Source: Ignavibacteriota bacterium (GTDB taxonomy: Bacteria > Bacteroidota > Ignavibacteria > UBA10030). From it: a stretch of 64,000 nt of DNA. The DNA is taken from NCBI GenBank assembly GCA_963701295.1, contig OY969585.1, forward strand, positions 1,504,001 through 1,568,000, read 5' to 3'. Positions 10,887 through 22,494 of this stretch are shown here, piece by piece. A model generated the notes under the pieces. That model was not told where the DNA came from and did no database searches. It saw only the letters and a program-made list of their open reading frames with translations. The number at the start of each line of letters is the position of its first letter. Within the stretch, counting starts at the first letter, position 1. The translations under genes and the position numbers were made by a program.

Positions 10887-11102
10887 TTATATAAGTGGAT
10901 CATCGTTGTCATCGATGTGAAGATCAGCATCAATTTCCTCAAGTGGAGTGATAGGAATTCCATCGGGGGAGATCAATGGTGGATCATTTGGTTTCTCTTG
11001 TTTCTTTTCTAACTGTCGCTGCCGCTTCTCTTCTTGCTTCTTCTGACGGGCAATCTCTTTCTTTCGCTTCTCAAATTTATATGATGCTGGATTCTTTCCC
11101 AT
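10887..11102 (-). CDS. Small basic/acidic hypothetical protein (71 aa)
   Basis: GAGGA RBS, ATG start, own terminator; K/E/Q coiled-coil N-half and acidic tail. Confidence 0.7.
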   Translation of the reverse strand: MGKNPASYKFEKRKKEIARQKKQEEKRQRQLEKKQEKPNDPPLISPDGIPITPLEEIDADLHIDDNDDPLI

Positions 11103-11238
11103 GACTCATTCCTCTCAAATATAGAACATCACTGCCGGTTCAAGTTTCATACAGCATATGGTATAACGTAATTATCTTTTTCTCGAAGTCAAAATATTAT
11201 TTCTCAAACCATCAAAATTTTTATTGGTGTGAGAGAAT

Positions 11239-11271
11239 AAAAAGGCATCCCGCTCTTCACGAGATGCCTTT
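11239..11271 (-). terminator. Terminator after ahcY
   Basis: AAAAAGGCATCCCG-ctcttca-CGAGATGCCTTT inverted repeat with U-tract on the - strand. Confidence 0.8.
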
Positions 11272-11314
11272 ACCCGTATGCGTATTAGTCGAAGAAAATA
11301 ATATAAAGGACTCT

Positions 11315-12592
11315 TTATGTCCCGGCTGAATAATCATCAATGTATGTTGCTTGCTCCTTTGTGAGCTTATCGATCTTATAGCCCATCGTTGCGAGCTTGA
11401 CACCGGCGATTTCCTGATCCTGTTCGGATGGAATATCGTACACCTTATTTTCAAATCGTTTTCCCTTTTTATGAAGTTCCACAAGTCGGAGTTGCGACAT
11501 GAATTGGTTGGCAAACGACATATCCATCACTTCCGATGGATGTCCTTCAGCGGCGGCAAGATTGACAAGGCGCCCCTTCGCAAGTAAAAAAATGCGGTTG
11601 CCATCCTTCAACGTATATTCCTCATTGTCCTTTCGGACTTCACGCGTGCTCTTGGCGAGTTTTTCAAGATCCGGGATGTTAATCTCGCAATCATAATGTC
11701 CTGTATTACAGATGATCGCACCGTCCTTCATGGACTTGAAATGTCTTTCAATGATTATGTCTTTCACTCCCGTTGCTGTGATAAAGATGTCACCGATTCT
11801 TGCAGCATCATCCATCTTCATAACGCGGTACCCTTCGAGTGTTGCTTTCAGGGCTGCCGTTGGTTTCACTTCGGTTACGATGACATTTGCACCGAGACCT
11901 TTTGCTCGCAACGCAACACCTTTACCGCAATGTCCAAATCCGGCAACAACAATATTCTTGCCAGCCAAGAGGACACTTGTTGCGCGAAGAATACCATCGA
12001 GCGTTGATTGTCCGGTTCCGTACACATTGTCGAAGTCCCACTTTGTTTCTGCATCATTGACAGCGATGACAGGATATCGGAGCGCACCATCGTTCGCCAT
12101 CGCACGCAAACGATGAACACCGGTCGTTGTTTCTTCAGTGCCTCCAATAACAGTCGGAATCAATTCTTTATGTTTATTATGCACAGTGAAAATAAGATCA
12201 GCGCCGTCATCGAGTGTGAGATTCGGTTTGAATTTCAATGTCTCTTCAATGCACCAGTAGAATTCTTTCACATTCATCCCATGCCATGCGAAAATGCTTA
12301 CGCCCTCGTCAGCAAGTGCCGCTGCGACATCGTCTTGCGTTGAAAGCGGATTGCAGCCGCTCCAACTCACTTCGGCTCCCGCTTGGACGAATGTTTTCAC
12401 AAGCACTGCCGTCTCTTTTGTTACGTGCAGACATCCGGCAATTTTGTAGCCTTTAAACGGTTTTGTTTTACAATATTTATCCTGCAGTGCCATGAGTACG
12501 GGCATACGTGATTCTGCCCACTCGATACGAAGCTTACCGGCCTTTGCAAGTGAAAGATCTTTTACCTTAAATTTTCCTGGTTCGTGATCCAT
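11315..12592 (-). CDS. ahcY: Adenosylhomocysteinase
   Basis: GCLHVTKETAVL, GCNPLSTQD, LDDGAD, EETTTGV, FDNVYGTGQS, GRLVNLAAAEGHPSEVMDMSF. Confidence 0.97.
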   Translation of the reverse strand: MDHEPGKFKVKDLSLAKAGKLRIEWAESRMPVLMALQDKYCKTKPFKGYKIAGCLHVTKETAVLVKTFVQAGAEVSWSGCNPLSTQDDVAAALADEGVSIFAWHGMNVKEFYWCIEETLKFKPNLTLDDGADLIFTVHNKHKELIPTVIGGTEETTTGVHRLRAMANDGALRYPVIAVNDAETKWDFDNVYGTGQSTLDGILRATSVLLAGKNIVVAGFGHCGKGVALRAKGLGANVIVTEVKPTAALKATLEGYRVMKMDDAARIGDIFITATGVKDIIIERHFKSMKDGAIICNTGHYDCEINIPDLEKLAKSTREVRKDNEEYTLKDGNRIFLLAKGRLVNLAAAEGHPSEVMDMSFANQFMSQLRLVELHKKGKRFENKVYDIPSEQDQEIAGVKLATMGYKIDKLTKEQATYIDDYSAGT

Positions 12593-12635
12593 ATTATTTT
12601 GTCTCTAATTATAAGAGGTTTGTAATTTCCATTAT

Positions 12636-13781
12636 TTATTTTAATGCTTTCTGGAGTTTTTTTATCAAATCCAATTTTTCCCATGTAAATTCTTTTTCAC
12701 TGCGGCCAAAGTGACCGTATGCTGCGGTCTTACGATAAATCGGACGGCGCAGATCGAGCCGTTTAATGATACCGCGAGGCGTGAGATCAATTTCCTTCAT
12801 CACAAAATCCGAGAGTTGTGCATCTGGAATGATGCCAGTGCCGAAGGTGTTGATTTGAATGGATACAGGATCTACCACACCGATCGCATATGCTACTTGG
12901 ATCTGACATTCGGTGGCAAGCTTTGCTGCGACAATATTCTTTGCAAGATGACGTGCCGCATACGCAGCGCTGCGATCTACTTTTGTTGGGTCTTTACCAG
13001 AGAATGCGCCGCCGCCATGCGGTGCGCGTCCGCCGTATGTATCCACAACAATTTTACGTCCAGTCAAACCGCTGTCACCATGCGGTCCGCCAACTTCAAA
13101 TCTACCAGTAGGATTGACGAAGTAGCGTGTTTTATTATTGAGCATTCCGGATGGAATAACATTGCGTACGATTATTTCGATGACATCTTCTTTAATCTTT
13201 TTTTGTGTCACATCGGGATCGTGTTGAGTGGAGACAACAACTGTATCAACACGGATGGGTTTCCCGTTGCTGTCGTATTCGACCGTCACCTGGGACTTTG
13301 CATCGGGGCGAAGATAAGGCATTAAGGCGGGCTGTTTCTTTCGAACAGAAGCAAGTTGAAACACTAATTTGTGCGCGTACATAATTGGTGCCGGCATCAA
13401 CTCGGGAGTCTCCGAAGAGGCGTATCCGAACATCATTCCTTGGTCACCTGCGCCACCGGTATCCACCCCCTGAGCAATGTCAGGTGATTGAGAATGGATG
13501 GAAGAGAGGACTGAGCATGAATCGGCATCAAACCCGACTCCGGCTTTTGTATAACCGATATCGCGAATAACATTGCGGACGATTTCTTGGACTTCGATAT
13601 ATCCCTTGGTAGTGATTTCTCCACCGACGAGTACCATACCAGTAGTAACGAATGTTTCGCATGCCACACGCGATGTTTTGTCTTGTATAATCAATGCGTC
13701 AAGTACAGCATCAGAAATTTGGTCGCAGACTTTGTCGGGATGTCCTTCGGATACCGATTCCGAAGTAAATAAGTTTCTCAT
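12636..13781 (-). CDS. metK: S-adenosylmethionine synthetase
   Basis: [44 protein letters not shown]. Confidence 0.98.
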   Translation of the reverse strand: MRNLFTSESVSEGHPDKVCDQISDAVLDALIIQDKTSRVACETFVTTGMVLVGGEITTKGYIEVQEIVRNVIRDIGYTKAGVGFDADSCSVLSSIHSQSPDIAQGVDTGGAGDQGMMFGYASSETPELMPAPIMYAHKLVFQLASVRKKQPALMPYLRPDAKSQVTVEYDSNGKPIRVDTVVVSTQHDPDVTQKKIKEDVIEIIVRNVIPSGMLNNKTRYFVNPTGRFEVGGPHGDSGLTGRKIVVDTYGGRAPHGGGAFSGKDPTKVDRSAAYAARHLAKNIVAAKLATECQIQVAYAIGVVDPVSIQINTFGTGIIPDAQLSDFVMKEIDLTPRGIIKRLDLRRPIYRKTAAYGHFGRSEKEFTWEKLDLIKKLQKALK

Positions 13782-13868
13782 TGTTTCTCCGTATTAAGTT
13801 AATGATTCTGTAAAAATATATATTTTTGATCAGAAAATTTATCAGGTTGGACTGCAATGGTATGTTGA

Positions 13869-14843
13869 TCAGTAAAATTCCAGCTCAGATGAATCACCGA
13901 TATTAATTCGTTTATAATTTCCACGGACGACAGCGTTACTGCCAATAATAGAATCTTCAATGAGCGAGTTGAGGACCGTTGCTCTCTCACTAATGATAGA
14001 ATTGCGGACAATAGTATTTTCCACTGTTGCATTTTCAGCAATTGTGGCATATGGTCCGATAATAGCATTGGAAACTTTTGCTTTTGGTGAGATAAAAGCA
14101 GGCGGTTGAATCAGGACGCCTTTCAGTAGCTGAGGCATAGGCTGAAGTTCCAGAAGATACCGGTTGGTGGAAAGTAATGTCTCCGGTTTACCGCAGTCGA
14201 ACCATCCTTCTATGGAGAACGTCTTCATCTTTTCGCCATGGTCAATCATCATCTGAAGTGCATCAGTCAATTGGAACTCGCCCTTTGTACGTGTGTTGTT
14301 TCGAATCATTTCCTTCAAACAATCCACTAAGAGAGGAGGCTGCGTGATATAGTAAAGGCCGACGAGGGCAAGGTTACTCTTCGGCACTTCCGGTTTCTCG
14401 ACTAGTCGTGTTATCTGGCCGTCGGTTGTTTCGGCAACTCCAAACCGTCGCGGATCATCCACATGTTTAACACCAATTTGTGTTTGTTCGTTCTTAATCA
14501 TCGACTTCAGATCGACTTCAAAGATCGTATCGCCCAATATGATGAGAATAGGGCTGCGGGAAAAGGTATGCCGGGAGATGTAGATGGCATGACCCAGACC
14601 AAGGCGCTCTTCCTGTTCAACAAAATCGACCTTAATTGTATAGTTTGCGAGCACATATTCTTTGATCATCTCGCCGAGATACCCGATGATAATGGTAGCT
14701 TCGTTAAAGCCAGCCTCAATAATTTTATCAAGAATATGACCAATGATCGGTTTGCCGGCAACATTCAGGAGTACCTTCGGTACTGTGAATGTGTACGGGC
14801 GGAGTCTACTGCCGACACCTGCAACGGGTATGATTGCTCTCAT
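13869..14843 (-). CDS. Sugar-phosphate nucleotidyltransferase with C-terminal left-handed beta-helix (glucose-1-phosphate thymidylyltransferase-like)
   Basis: MRAIIPVAGVGSRLRP, PKVLL, EKP, WFDCGKPETLL, hexapeptide repeats. Confidence 0.9.
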   Translation of the reverse strand: MRAIIPVAGVGSRLRPYTFTVPKVLLNVAGKPIIGHILDKIIEAGFNEATIIIGYLGEMIKEYVLANYTIKVDFVEQEERLGLGHAIYISRHTFSRSPILIILGDTIFEVDLKSMIKNEQTQIGVKHVDDPRRFGVAETTDGQITRLVEKPEVPKSNLALVGLYYITQPPLLVDCLKEMIRNNTRTKGEFQLTDALQMMIDHGEKMKTFSIEGWFDCGKPETLLSTNRYLLELQPMPQLLKGVLIQPPAFISPKAKVSNAIIGPYATIAENATVENTIVRNSIISERATVLNSLIEDSIIGSNAVVRGNYKRINIGDSSELEFY

Positions 14844-15075
14844 CTTCTGGATTTTTTCTTGTTGATAAATTCTTTTAAAAATACGGAAGAATCCTTTCAC
14901 AATCAAACTCAATCATTTTTCTGGAAATTGAAATTAAACAGTCTCTTTCCATTGAATTATTCTGAAAAACATGTAACTTATCAATAAACTGTATAGTTCT
15001 GTTATTCACACAGTTGTTCGCTATGATGAATCCATTTTTTAATTAGTCAGCAATAAATTAATAGGAGCGTTTTTT

Positions 15076-16290
15076 ATGGATATCAGCAAGTTAGCGGCAT
15101 CAATCGCTGAATCGCCAACGGTAAAACTCAACGCCGAAGCTACAAAGTTGCGTGCACAAGGTGAGGCAATTGTGCACTTTGGGATTGGCGAACCCAAAAA
15201 CAAAGCCCCACTGAGTGCAATTTCGAGTGCCATCGAAAAATTGAACTCAGGAGAAGTGAAGTATGCCCCCTCTGACGGCTTACCTTCATTGAAAAAAGCT
15301 ATTGTTCAATACACAGAAAAGAATTACGGGAGAACCATAGATTCGGCAAATGTGATTGTCTCTGATGGTGCTAAGCATTCCATATTCAATGTGCTCTATG
15401 CCCTTATCAATCCGGGAGATCAAGTCATTGTTCTGGCTCCATATTGGGTGAGCTATCCGGAAATGGTTAAGATGGTCAATGGTATCCCAGTGATTATAAC
15501 ACCAGCCGATGGGAGCTTTCATCCAAAACTATCGGAGATTGAAAAAGCAATTACTCCATCGACTCGTGCAATTATCGTCAATAGTCCAAATAATCCTTCG
15601 GGCGCTATTTTCTCGGATGAGTTTGTTAGCCAGATTGTTGAATTCTGTGAACGAAAAAATATTTATCTCTTGATGGACGATATTTACCACAAACTTATCT
15701 TTGATGGCAAAAAAATAACACCCGTGTTCAGCTTTACAAAAAAAGATATCGAATCGACCAATGTTATTGTGATTAATGGTATTTCAAAAACATACGGAAT
15801 GACCGGGTTTCGAGTAGGCTGGGTTGTTGCAAATCGAAAACTTGTGAAGGTTATGACAAATATTCAAGGACAAATTACTACCTGCAATTCACCAATCTGC
15901 CAGGTCGCTGCAGAAGCAGCACTGAATGACGACCAAAGTAGTGTCAGTACTTTATGCACAATCATAGAGAATAATCGCAATACAGTGATGCGGGAATTAC
16001 AATCTATTCCCGGGATGAAAATTGTAAAGCCGCAAGGAACATTTTATTGTTTCCCTGATTTTAGTGCATTTAATAAAGATTCTCTGGCATTGGCGGATTT
16101 TTTATTGAAGAAAGCTCTCGTGGTTACCGTACCAGGCAAAGAATTCGGTATGGAGGGTCACTTGCGACTCAGTTATGCCGGCGCGGCTAGCGAGGTTGCA
16201 GATGGATTAGCACGTATCAAATGGGCTTTGGATCCAAAGGCGCCGCGGGAGATCCAAATTGGTAATCGTAAAGTTGCCCGCGATTGGTAA
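15076..16290 (+). CDS. PLP-dependent aminotransferase class I/II (aspartate aminotransferase-like)
   Basis: NSPNNPSG, DDIY, NGISKTYGMTGFRVGW. Confidence 0.92.
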   Translation: MDISKLAASIAESPTVKLNAEATKLRAQGEAIVHFGIGEPKNKAPLSAISSAIEKLNSGEVKYAPSDGLPSLKKAIVQYTEKNYGRTIDSANVIVSDGAKHSIFNVLYALINPGDQVIVLAPYWVSYPEMVKMVNGIPVIITPADGSFHPKLSEIEKAITPSTRAIIVNSPNNPSGAIFSDEFVSQIVEFCERKNIYLLMDDIYHKLIFDGKKITPVFSFTKKDIESTNVIVINGISKTYGMTGFRVGWVVANRKLVKVMTNIQGQITTCNSPICQVAAEAALNDDQSSVSTLCTIIENNRNTVMRELQSIPGMKIVKPQGTFYCFPDFSAFNKDSLALADFLLKKALVVTVPGKEFGMEGHLRLSYAGAASEVADGLARIKWALDPKAPREIQIGNRKVARDW

Positions 16291-16330
16291 GAAACCTTTC
16301 GAGAATAACCTTTGTTCTTTTTATTAACTA

Positions 16331-18145
16331 ATGAATGGATTAATTATGAATGTCCCGCCATACATCAAAAATGAAAAAGCAATTACCTGGATAAAAGAAA
16401 TTGCTGCATTAACGAAGCCAGACAATGTGTGCTGGTGCGACGGTTCGCAATCCGAATATGACGAGATGTGTCAGCGGCTTGTGAAGTCGGGAACGTTCTT
16501 AAAGTTGAATGAACAGAAAAGGCCTAATAGTTTTTTGGCACTATCGGATGCGAGTGATGTTGCACGCGTGGAAGATCGTACATTTATTTGCAGTGTAAAG
16601 AAGAGCGATGCGGGCCCGACAAATAATTGGGCTGATCCACGAGAGATGAAAGCAATCCTGAATAAGTTATTCGACGGCTGCATGCGAGGACGCACCTTGT
16701 ATGTCATCCCATTTAGTATGGGTCCTCTCGGGTCGCATATCGCACACATTGGTATTGAACTAACTGATTCGCCGTATGTTGTCGCCAATATGCGCATTAT
16801 GACCCGTATGGGCAAGGTAGTATGGGATGTATTGGGCAATGGAGAGTTTGTTCCGTGCGTTCATTCGGTTGGAATGCCTTTGGCGCCGGGTCAGAAAGAT
16901 GTGTTATGGCCTTGTAACAAAGAAAAATATATTGTCCATTATCCAGAAGAACATGCAATCTGGTCGTTTGGAAGCGGGTACGGCGGAAATGCATTGCTCG
17001 GGAAAAAATGTCTTGCACTTCGCATCGCTTCTACTATGGCGCGTGACCAAGGATGGATGGCTGAACATATGCTCATTGTCGGGCTTGAATCTCCACAAGG
17101 TCAAAAAACTTATGTGGCAGCTGCATTTCCAAGCGCCTGTGGCAAAACCAACCTTGCCATGCTTATTCCGCCGGATGCTTTGAAAGCATGGAAAGTTACA
17201 ACAGTAGGCGATGACATTGCCTGGATTAAACCGGGCAAAGATGGTCAACTCTATGCTATTAATCCAGAAAATGGATATTTTGGAGTTGCCCCCGGCACTT
17301 CAGAAAAATCGAATCCGAATGCCATGGCAACTATTAAGAAGAATTCTATCTTCACCAACGTTGCGCTCACACCGGATGGTGATGTATGGTGGGAAGGTAT
17401 GACGAAAACACCACCCCCTGAACTGGTCGATTGGACAGGGCAGCCGTGGACTCCCGATTGCGGACGCAAAGCTGCGCATCCCAATGCACGCTTTACAACT
17501 CCGGCAAATCAATGTCCTTCTATCGATCCAGAGTGGGAAAATCCAAACGGTGTCCCGATTAAGGCGTTTATCTTTGGCGGCCGCAGGAGCAACACAACGC
17601 CATTAGTCTGTCAAGCGGTGAATTGGGCACATGGTGTTTATCTTGCTGCAACCATGGGCTCAGAGACAACAGCGGCTGCAGCGGGTAAGGTTGGACAAGT
17701 GCGCCGAGATCCGTTTGCAATGCTTCCATTCTGCGGCTACCATATGGCTGAGTACTTCGATCACTGGCTGACCATGGGACGCCGTGTTTCTCATCCTCCG
17801 CGAATCTTTGGAGTGAACTGGTTCCGGGTCGATGAGAACGGCAATTTTATTTGGCCGGGTTATGGTGAGAATATGCGCGTGCTGAAATGGATTGTGGAAC
17901 GCGTGAATGGATCTGCAAGGGGTTTTGAAAGTCCGCTTGGCTGGATGCCCCGGTATGAAGACCTTGACTGGAATGGATTGGAATTTTCCCAGAAGCAATT
18001 TGACGATTTAATGAAAGTGGATACGGAGTTATGGAAAAAAGAAATCCAGCTCCATGAAGAGTTGTTCATTAGTCTTTACGATAAACTGCCGAGAGAACTG
18101 AGCTCTGTTCGTGAGCTGCTTCTCTCCAGTCTTTTACGCGGATAA
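16331..18145 (+). CDS. pckG: Phosphoenolpyruvate carboxykinase (GTP)
   Basis: [67 protein letters not shown]. Confidence 0.97.
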   Translation: MNGLIMNVPPYIKNEKAITWIKEIAALTKPDNVCWCDGSQSEYDEMCQRLVKSGTFLKLNEQKRPNSFLALSDASDVARVEDRTFICSVKKSDAGPTNNWADPREMKAILNKLFDGCMRGRTLYVIPFSMGPLGSHIAHIGIELTDSPYVVANMRIMTRMGKVVWDVLGNGEFVPCVHSVGMPLAPGQKDVLWPCNKEKYIVHYPEEHAIWSFGSGYGGNALLGKKCLALRIASTMARDQGWMAEHMLIVGLESPQGQKTYVAAAFPSACGKTNLAMLIPPDALKAWKVTTVGDDIAWIKPGKDGQLYAINPENGYFGVAPGTSEKSNPNAMATIKKNSIFTNVALTPDGDVWWEGMTKTPPPELVDWTGQPWTPDCGRKAAHPNARFTTPANQCPSIDPEWENPNGVPIKAFIFGGRRSNTTPLVCQAVNWAHGVYLAATMGSETTAAAAGKVGQVRRDPFAMLPFCGYHMAEYFDHWLTMGRRVSHPPRIFGVNWFRVDENGNFIWPGYGENMRVLKWIVERVNGSARGFESPLGWMPRYEDLDWNGLEFSQKQFDDLMKVDTELWKKEIQLHEELFISLYDKLPRELSSVRELLLSSLLRG

Positions 18146-18196
18146 AGAATTATGTGAAAGAGTTAAAAACATCTTTTGCTTGCGTTTTAAAATAAT

Positions 18197-18230
18197 GAAG
18201 CCGCTCAGTCAAGTTGATGAAGCGGCTTTT
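18197..18230. terminator. Terminator between convergent pckG and ferritin genes
   Basis: AAGCCGCT...AGCGGCTTTT. Confidence 0.7.
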
Positions 18231-18268
18231 GTATTTATCAGAAAAAAAAATAGAATGGTTACAATTTA

Positions 18269-18763
18269 TTATCCTGCCTTGCGTGCGCCGAGCTGGCGAT
18301 CAGCCATCATCAAACTGATGGGAGTGTTTCCAATCATTTTCAGCATGTTGATGATGTCTGTAGCGTTCTTCTCTTCTTCTACCTGTTCATTGATGAACCA
18401 CTGCAAAAAGGACTGTGATGCATAATCTTTTTCTTTCACAGCAAGCTCATAGAGCTTGTTAATAGATGCGGTGACTTTTTGCTCGTGTTCCAAAACCAGA
18501 TTGAATACATCTAAAGGTGCCTTGAATTTTGCGGCTGGCTGCGAAATAGTTTTCAAGAGTACCTTGCCGCCGCGATCGTACACATATTTGAAAAACTTCA
18601 TTGCGTGCCCGGTTTCTTCATGATATTGTACACGCATCCAATTCGCGAATCCGCTGAGATTTTCACCTTCGAAATGTGCCGACATCGAAAGATAGATATA
18701 TGCAGAAGAGAGTTCAAGATTGATTTGTTCGTTGATAGCATCCTGTAAAGATTTACTTAACAT
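18269..18763 (-). CDS. ftnA: Non-heme ferritin
   Basis: QINLELSSAYIYLSMS, EETGHAMK, FLQWFINEQVEEE ferroxidase ligands. Confidence 0.95.
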   Translation of the reverse strand: MLSKSLQDAINEQINLELSSAYIYLSMSAHFEGENLSGFANWMRVQYHEETGHAMKFFKYVYDRGGKVLLKTISQPAAKFKAPLDVFNLVLEHEQKVTASINKLYELAVKEKDYASQSFLQWFINEQVEEEKNATDIINMLKMIGNTPISLMMADRQLGARKAG

Positions 18764-18932
18764 GAGTTGTCTCCTTTGAGTGATTATTGTTTTATTCTCA
18801 ACAAATTTCTAAACCTCAGAGTTCCCAAATGTTTCATAGAATCTAATTGAAATCTTGGTAAATCGAAAGTATATTAATTATAGTTTTAAGCATAAAGTAT
18901 AAAGCAATAAAGCAGGAAGCAGTAAAGGAAAA

Positions 18933-19313
18933 ATGCCGACATACGATTATCGATGTAAATCGTGCGGATTTGAGTTTGAAGAATTTCAATCAATGTCTTC
19001 AGAAAAGCTGGTAATCTGCCCAAAATGTGCCGAACCGTCGCTGAAACGACTAATGTCAAGCGGGGCAGGATTGGTGTTTAAAGGAAGCGGATTTTACTTA
19101 ACTGATTATAAAAAGTCAAATTCCTCTCCGTCTTCATTAAGCGCGAAATCAGAATCGAAAACTGAATCGAAGCCTGAAACCAAACCCGAGTCCAAATCCA
19201 AATCAGAATCAGAATCAAAACCCGAATCAAAATCAGAATCAAAATCTAAATCTGAATCAAAACCTGATTTAAACCCTTCGACAGATTCATCTTCGGGGTT
19301 GGACAAAGAATAA
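18933..19313 (+). CDS. FmdB-family zinc-ribbon protein with S/K/E/P low-complexity tail
   Basis: MPTYDYRCKSCG...CPKC...FKGSGFYLTDY. Confidence 0.9.
   Translation: MPTYDYRCKSCGFEFEEFQSMSSEKLVICPKCAEPSLKRLMSSGAGLVFKGSGFYLTDYKKSNSSPSSLSAKSESKTESKPETKPESKSKSESESKPESKSESKSKSESKPDLNPSTDSSSGLDKE
19145..19265 (+). repeat. Imperfect hexamer-based tandem repeat (AAATCA/GAATCA) encoding SKSESKPE units
   Basis: Repeated aaatcagaatc and aaacccga motifs in the FmdB tail. Confidence 0.8.
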
Positions 19314-19363
19314 CAAAACCTTTGAATAAGAGCCTGAATATTCTAAGGGATATTCTATTTTAT

Positions 19364-20476
19364 TTACCACTTCCCCCCAACATCAAAACCTGCATCTTGA
19401 AGTATGTGCGCAGCTTCAGTAGCTACAATTCTATTTTCAAAAGACAGTCTGAATGTCCCGCCGCGTCCTTCACGAACTTTCAGTAACTCCATATCCTTAA
19501 TGTTAACGCCGTGACTTGCCAATGATGTTGTAAGGCGGGCTAACTCGCCGGGTTTATCTTCGACGAAGACTGCGAGTTCGACCAGCGGTGTAAGATATCC
19601 TTTCATTGAACGTGGGATACGAGATCGCAACGCGCGGGATGTTTTGAATTCTGCCGACAGGCGAGCGGGAGACGAATCCACAATGCATGCGATTTTATTC
19701 AATTGCTTGATGTAGAGGCGAAGCACTTTACTAATTTCCTTTTGATTAGCTGAGAGAATGTCTTTCCACATTTTAAATGGACTTGATGCGATGCGCGTCA
19801 TATCGCGAAATCCGCCGGCAGCAAACGCCAGATGGTTTGGAGCATCGGGATGATGTTTGCCTACAGAGTTCATCAGCGCCACGGCTGCAAGCTGTGGAAG
19901 ATGACTGAGAGCTGCTACAACACTATCATGTGTTGCCGGGTCGATTATAAAAATGCGCGCATCGAGCGTAGTAAAAAATTTTGCCAATAAACGTAGCGAT
20001 TGTTTCTTCGTCGTGTGTGTTGGAGTGAGAATGTACAGAGCGTTTTGGAAAAGTAAGGGATGTGCCGCGTTGATACCGGAAAACTCTGAACCGGTCATGG
20101 GATGCCCGCCAATAAAGTTCCCGTTCGGAAAGAGCTTCTGTGCTTGTTCGACCAGCATTCGTTTCACACTTCCAGTATCGGTAACGATGGTGTTCGGAGA
20201 ACAATTTTTTGCAACAAGAGGCAGCATCTTTGAAATACTCGAAACGGGTGCCGCAAGAATAACAAGGTCTGCCGAACGAACAGCTCCTTCCATCGATTTG
20301 TAGGTGAGATCGATTGCGTGACGGTCCAATGCTCGCTTGAGCACTTGCGGTGTATCCACGCCGGTAATATGAATTGCAGGAAATCGCTGCTTGATCGCAA
20401 GCGCCAGAGATCCGCCAATGAGTCCGACGCCAATAATGGTGATGTGCTGAAAAGGAAGCGGCTTCTGTGGTTTCAT
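19364..20476 (-). CDS. tyrA: Prephenate dehydrogenase with C-terminal ACT domain
   Basis: IIGVGLIGGS, DTGSVK, GGHPMTGSE, SHLPQ, GFRDMTRIA, ACT VEDKPGELA. Confidence 0.93.
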   Translation of the reverse strand: MKPQKPLPFQHITIIGVGLIGGSLALAIKQRFPAIHITGVDTPQVLKRALDRHAIDLTYKSMEGAVRSADLVILAAPVSSISKMLPLVAKNCSPNTIVTDTGSVKRMLVEQAQKLFPNGNFIGGHPMTGSEFSGINAAHPLLFQNALYILTPTHTTKKQSLRLLAKFFTTLDARIFIIDPATHDSVVAALSHLPQLAAVALMNSVGKHHPDAPNHLAFAAGGFRDMTRIASSPFKMWKDILSANQKEISKVLRLYIKQLNKIACIVDSSPARLSAEFKTSRALRSRIPRSMKGYLTPLVELAVFVEDKPGELARLTTSLASHGVNIKDMELLKVREGRGGTFRLSFENRIVATEAAHILQDAGFDVGGKW

Positions 20477-20485
20477 CTTAGGTAC

Positions 20486-21502
20486 TCATGCGATGGAGCG
20501 CTCGATGGCTTGAGCGATCATGCGAACTTCTTTCATCATCTGTGAAAATTGATTTGGATAGAGTGATTGCGCACCATCAGATAAAGCATTGTTGGGATCA
20601 TGATGAACTTCAACGATAATACCATCCGCGCCGGCGGCGACGGCTGCACGTGCCATTGGGATGACCTTATCCCGAATTCCGATACCATGTGATGGATCGG
20701 CAACAATGGGCAGATGGCTCTTCTTCTTAATGACTGGAATGGCACCGATATCCATTGTGTTGCGTGTGGCAGTTTCAAATGTCCGGATGCCGCGTTCGCA
20801 AAGAATGACTTGTTGATTGCCGCCGGAAAGAATATATTCTGCCGACATAAGCCATTCTTCGATCGTAGCGGCAAGACCACGCTTGAGCATCACTGGTTTC
20901 GATGCTTTGCCGAGGTCTTTCAGGAATGTATAGTTCTGCATGTTCCGTGCGCCAATCTGCAAAATGTCTGCGTACTTTTCGACCAGATCAATCTGGCTCT
21001 TGTCCATCACTTCGGTAACAACTTTCAGTTGAAACTCATTCGCTGCAGCGCGCAGGAATTTTAATCCATCTTCGCCAAGTCCTTGGAAGGAATACGGTGA
21101 AGAACGCGGTTTGAATGCCCCGCCGCGCAAAATCTTGGCACCGGCATCTTTAACAAGTTTTGCAATTTCAAAGATTTGTTTTTCGCTCTCTACCGCGCAT
21201 GGTCCTGCCATAACAACAACTTCAGGCCCGCCGATCTTCACGCCGCCGATATCAAAGATCGATCCTTCGCGTTTAAAGGCATGGCTGGTGAGTTTGAACG
21301 GTTCAGTGACGCGTAGAACCTCCGCGACGCCCGGCAGCAACTCGATTTGACGATGGTCAAATTCAGGATGAACGCCGATGGCACCTAAGACTATATGCTG
21401 CACACCCGTGGAGCGATGCACATCAAATCCATGATCGTGCAAAACGCGAACGATTTCTTCAATTTGTTTTTCAGCTGCGCCGGATTCTAAGACGACTATC
21501 AT
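20486..21502 (-). CDS. aroF: DAHP synthase type I-beta with N-terminal regulatory domain
   Basis: [38 protein letters not shown]. Confidence 0.95.
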   Translation of the reverse strand: MIVVLESGAAEKQIEEIVRVLHDHGFDVHRSTGVQHIVLGAIGVHPEFDHRQIELLPGVAEVLRVTEPFKLTSHAFKREGSIFDIGGVKIGGPEVVVMAGPCAVESEKQIFEIAKLVKDAGAKILRGGAFKPRSSPYSFQGLGEDGLKFLRAAANEFQLKVVTEVMDKSQIDLVEKYADILQIGARNMQNYTFLKDLGKASKPVMLKRGLAATIEEWLMSAEYILSGGNQQVILCERGIRTFETATRNTMDIGAIPVIKKKSHLPIVADPSHGIGIRDKVIPMARAAVAAGADGIIVEVHHDPNNALSDGAQSLYPNQFSQMMKEVRMIAQAIERSIA

Positions 21503-21587
21503 AATATTTAGTGAAATGTGATTTTGTGATTGTCAGTTGTTCGTCGTAAACAATTACTTCTGACTCCTATATTCTGTATTCTATCTT

Positions 21588-22493
21588 CTACTCGTATCTA
21601 TCCAGCTTAAAATTCTCACCAAGATAAAGTTTCTTCGCTTCAGGATCATTGGCGAGATATTCTGCCGTGCCGGATTTCAGAATTTTTCCCTCGAAGAGTA
21701 AATACGAACGATCTGTAATAGAGAGTGTTTCGTGCACATTATGATCGGTGATCAGCACGCCGATGTTCTTCTCCTTCAGCTTGATAACGATCTGCATAAT
21801 ATCTTCGACGGCAATGGGGTCGATACCAGCAAACGGTTCATCCAAGAGAAAGAATTTAGGATCTAGTGCTAAAGCACGCGCAATTTCTGTCCGCCGCCGC
21901 TCACCACCGGAAAGGACGTACCCCATGTTTTTGGCAAGATGCGTTAACCCAAATTCCTCCATCAAACGTTCGCACTTCTCTTCCTGCTCTTTTCGCAAAA
22001 GCGATGTTGTTTGCAAGACTGCAAGTATGTTATCACGTACTGACAACCGCCGAAATACTGAGGCTTCTTGCGGCAAGTATCCTATACCCATCTGTGCTCG
22101 TCGGTACATCGGTATCTTTGTGATTTCTGCATCATCCAAAAAAACTTTCCCGCCGTTCGGGCGTATCATCCCAACTATCATATAGAACGTTGTCGTTTTG
22201 CCGGCACCGTTCGGGCCGAGTAATCCGACAATTTCTCCTCGCTGCACCTGCACACTGACATTATTGACGACCGTGCGTTTCTTGTAGCGTTTCACCAGAC
22301 CGTCAGACCGGAGCGCCATCTGTGTGCCGGTTGATACTTCCGCAATTGAAGATGTGTGCTGTGCGACTGAAATGTTCAGCAGTGTTTCGACTTTTCGTGC
22401 TCGCCGTGTTGTCCGGTGCACGTTCGCTTTCGATTTTGCCGATGAAACAATCCGCGTTGTCCGTGTAACAGATTTGTTGATTCGTTTTGCCAT
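21588..22493 (-). CDS. lptB: LPS export ABC transporter ATPase with basic N-terminal extension
   Basis: [56 protein letters not shown]. Confidence 0.95.
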   Translation of the reverse strand: MAKRINKSVTRTTRIVSSAKSKANVHRTTRRARKVETLLNISVAQHTSSIAEVSTGTQMALRSDGLVKRYKKRTVVNNVSVQVQRGEIVGLLGPNGAGKTTTFYMIVGMIRPNGGKVFLDDAEITKIPMYRRAQMGIGYLPQEASVFRRLSVRDNILAVLQTTSLLRKEQEEKCERLMEEFGLTHLAKNMGYVLSGGERRRTEIARALALDPKFFLLDEPFAGIDPIAVEDIMQIVIKLKEKNIGVLITDHNVHETLSITDRSYLLFEGKILKSGTAEYLANDPEAKKLYLGENFKLDRYE

Positions 22494-22494
22494 T

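Noticed and set aside
13782-13868. SAM riboswitch upstream of metK-ahcY
   Set aside because: Short AT-rich spacer with no SAM-I/II or SAH consensus or stable helices
18764-18932. Fur box upstream of ferritin
   Set aside because: Only a weak partial match in AT-rich DNA
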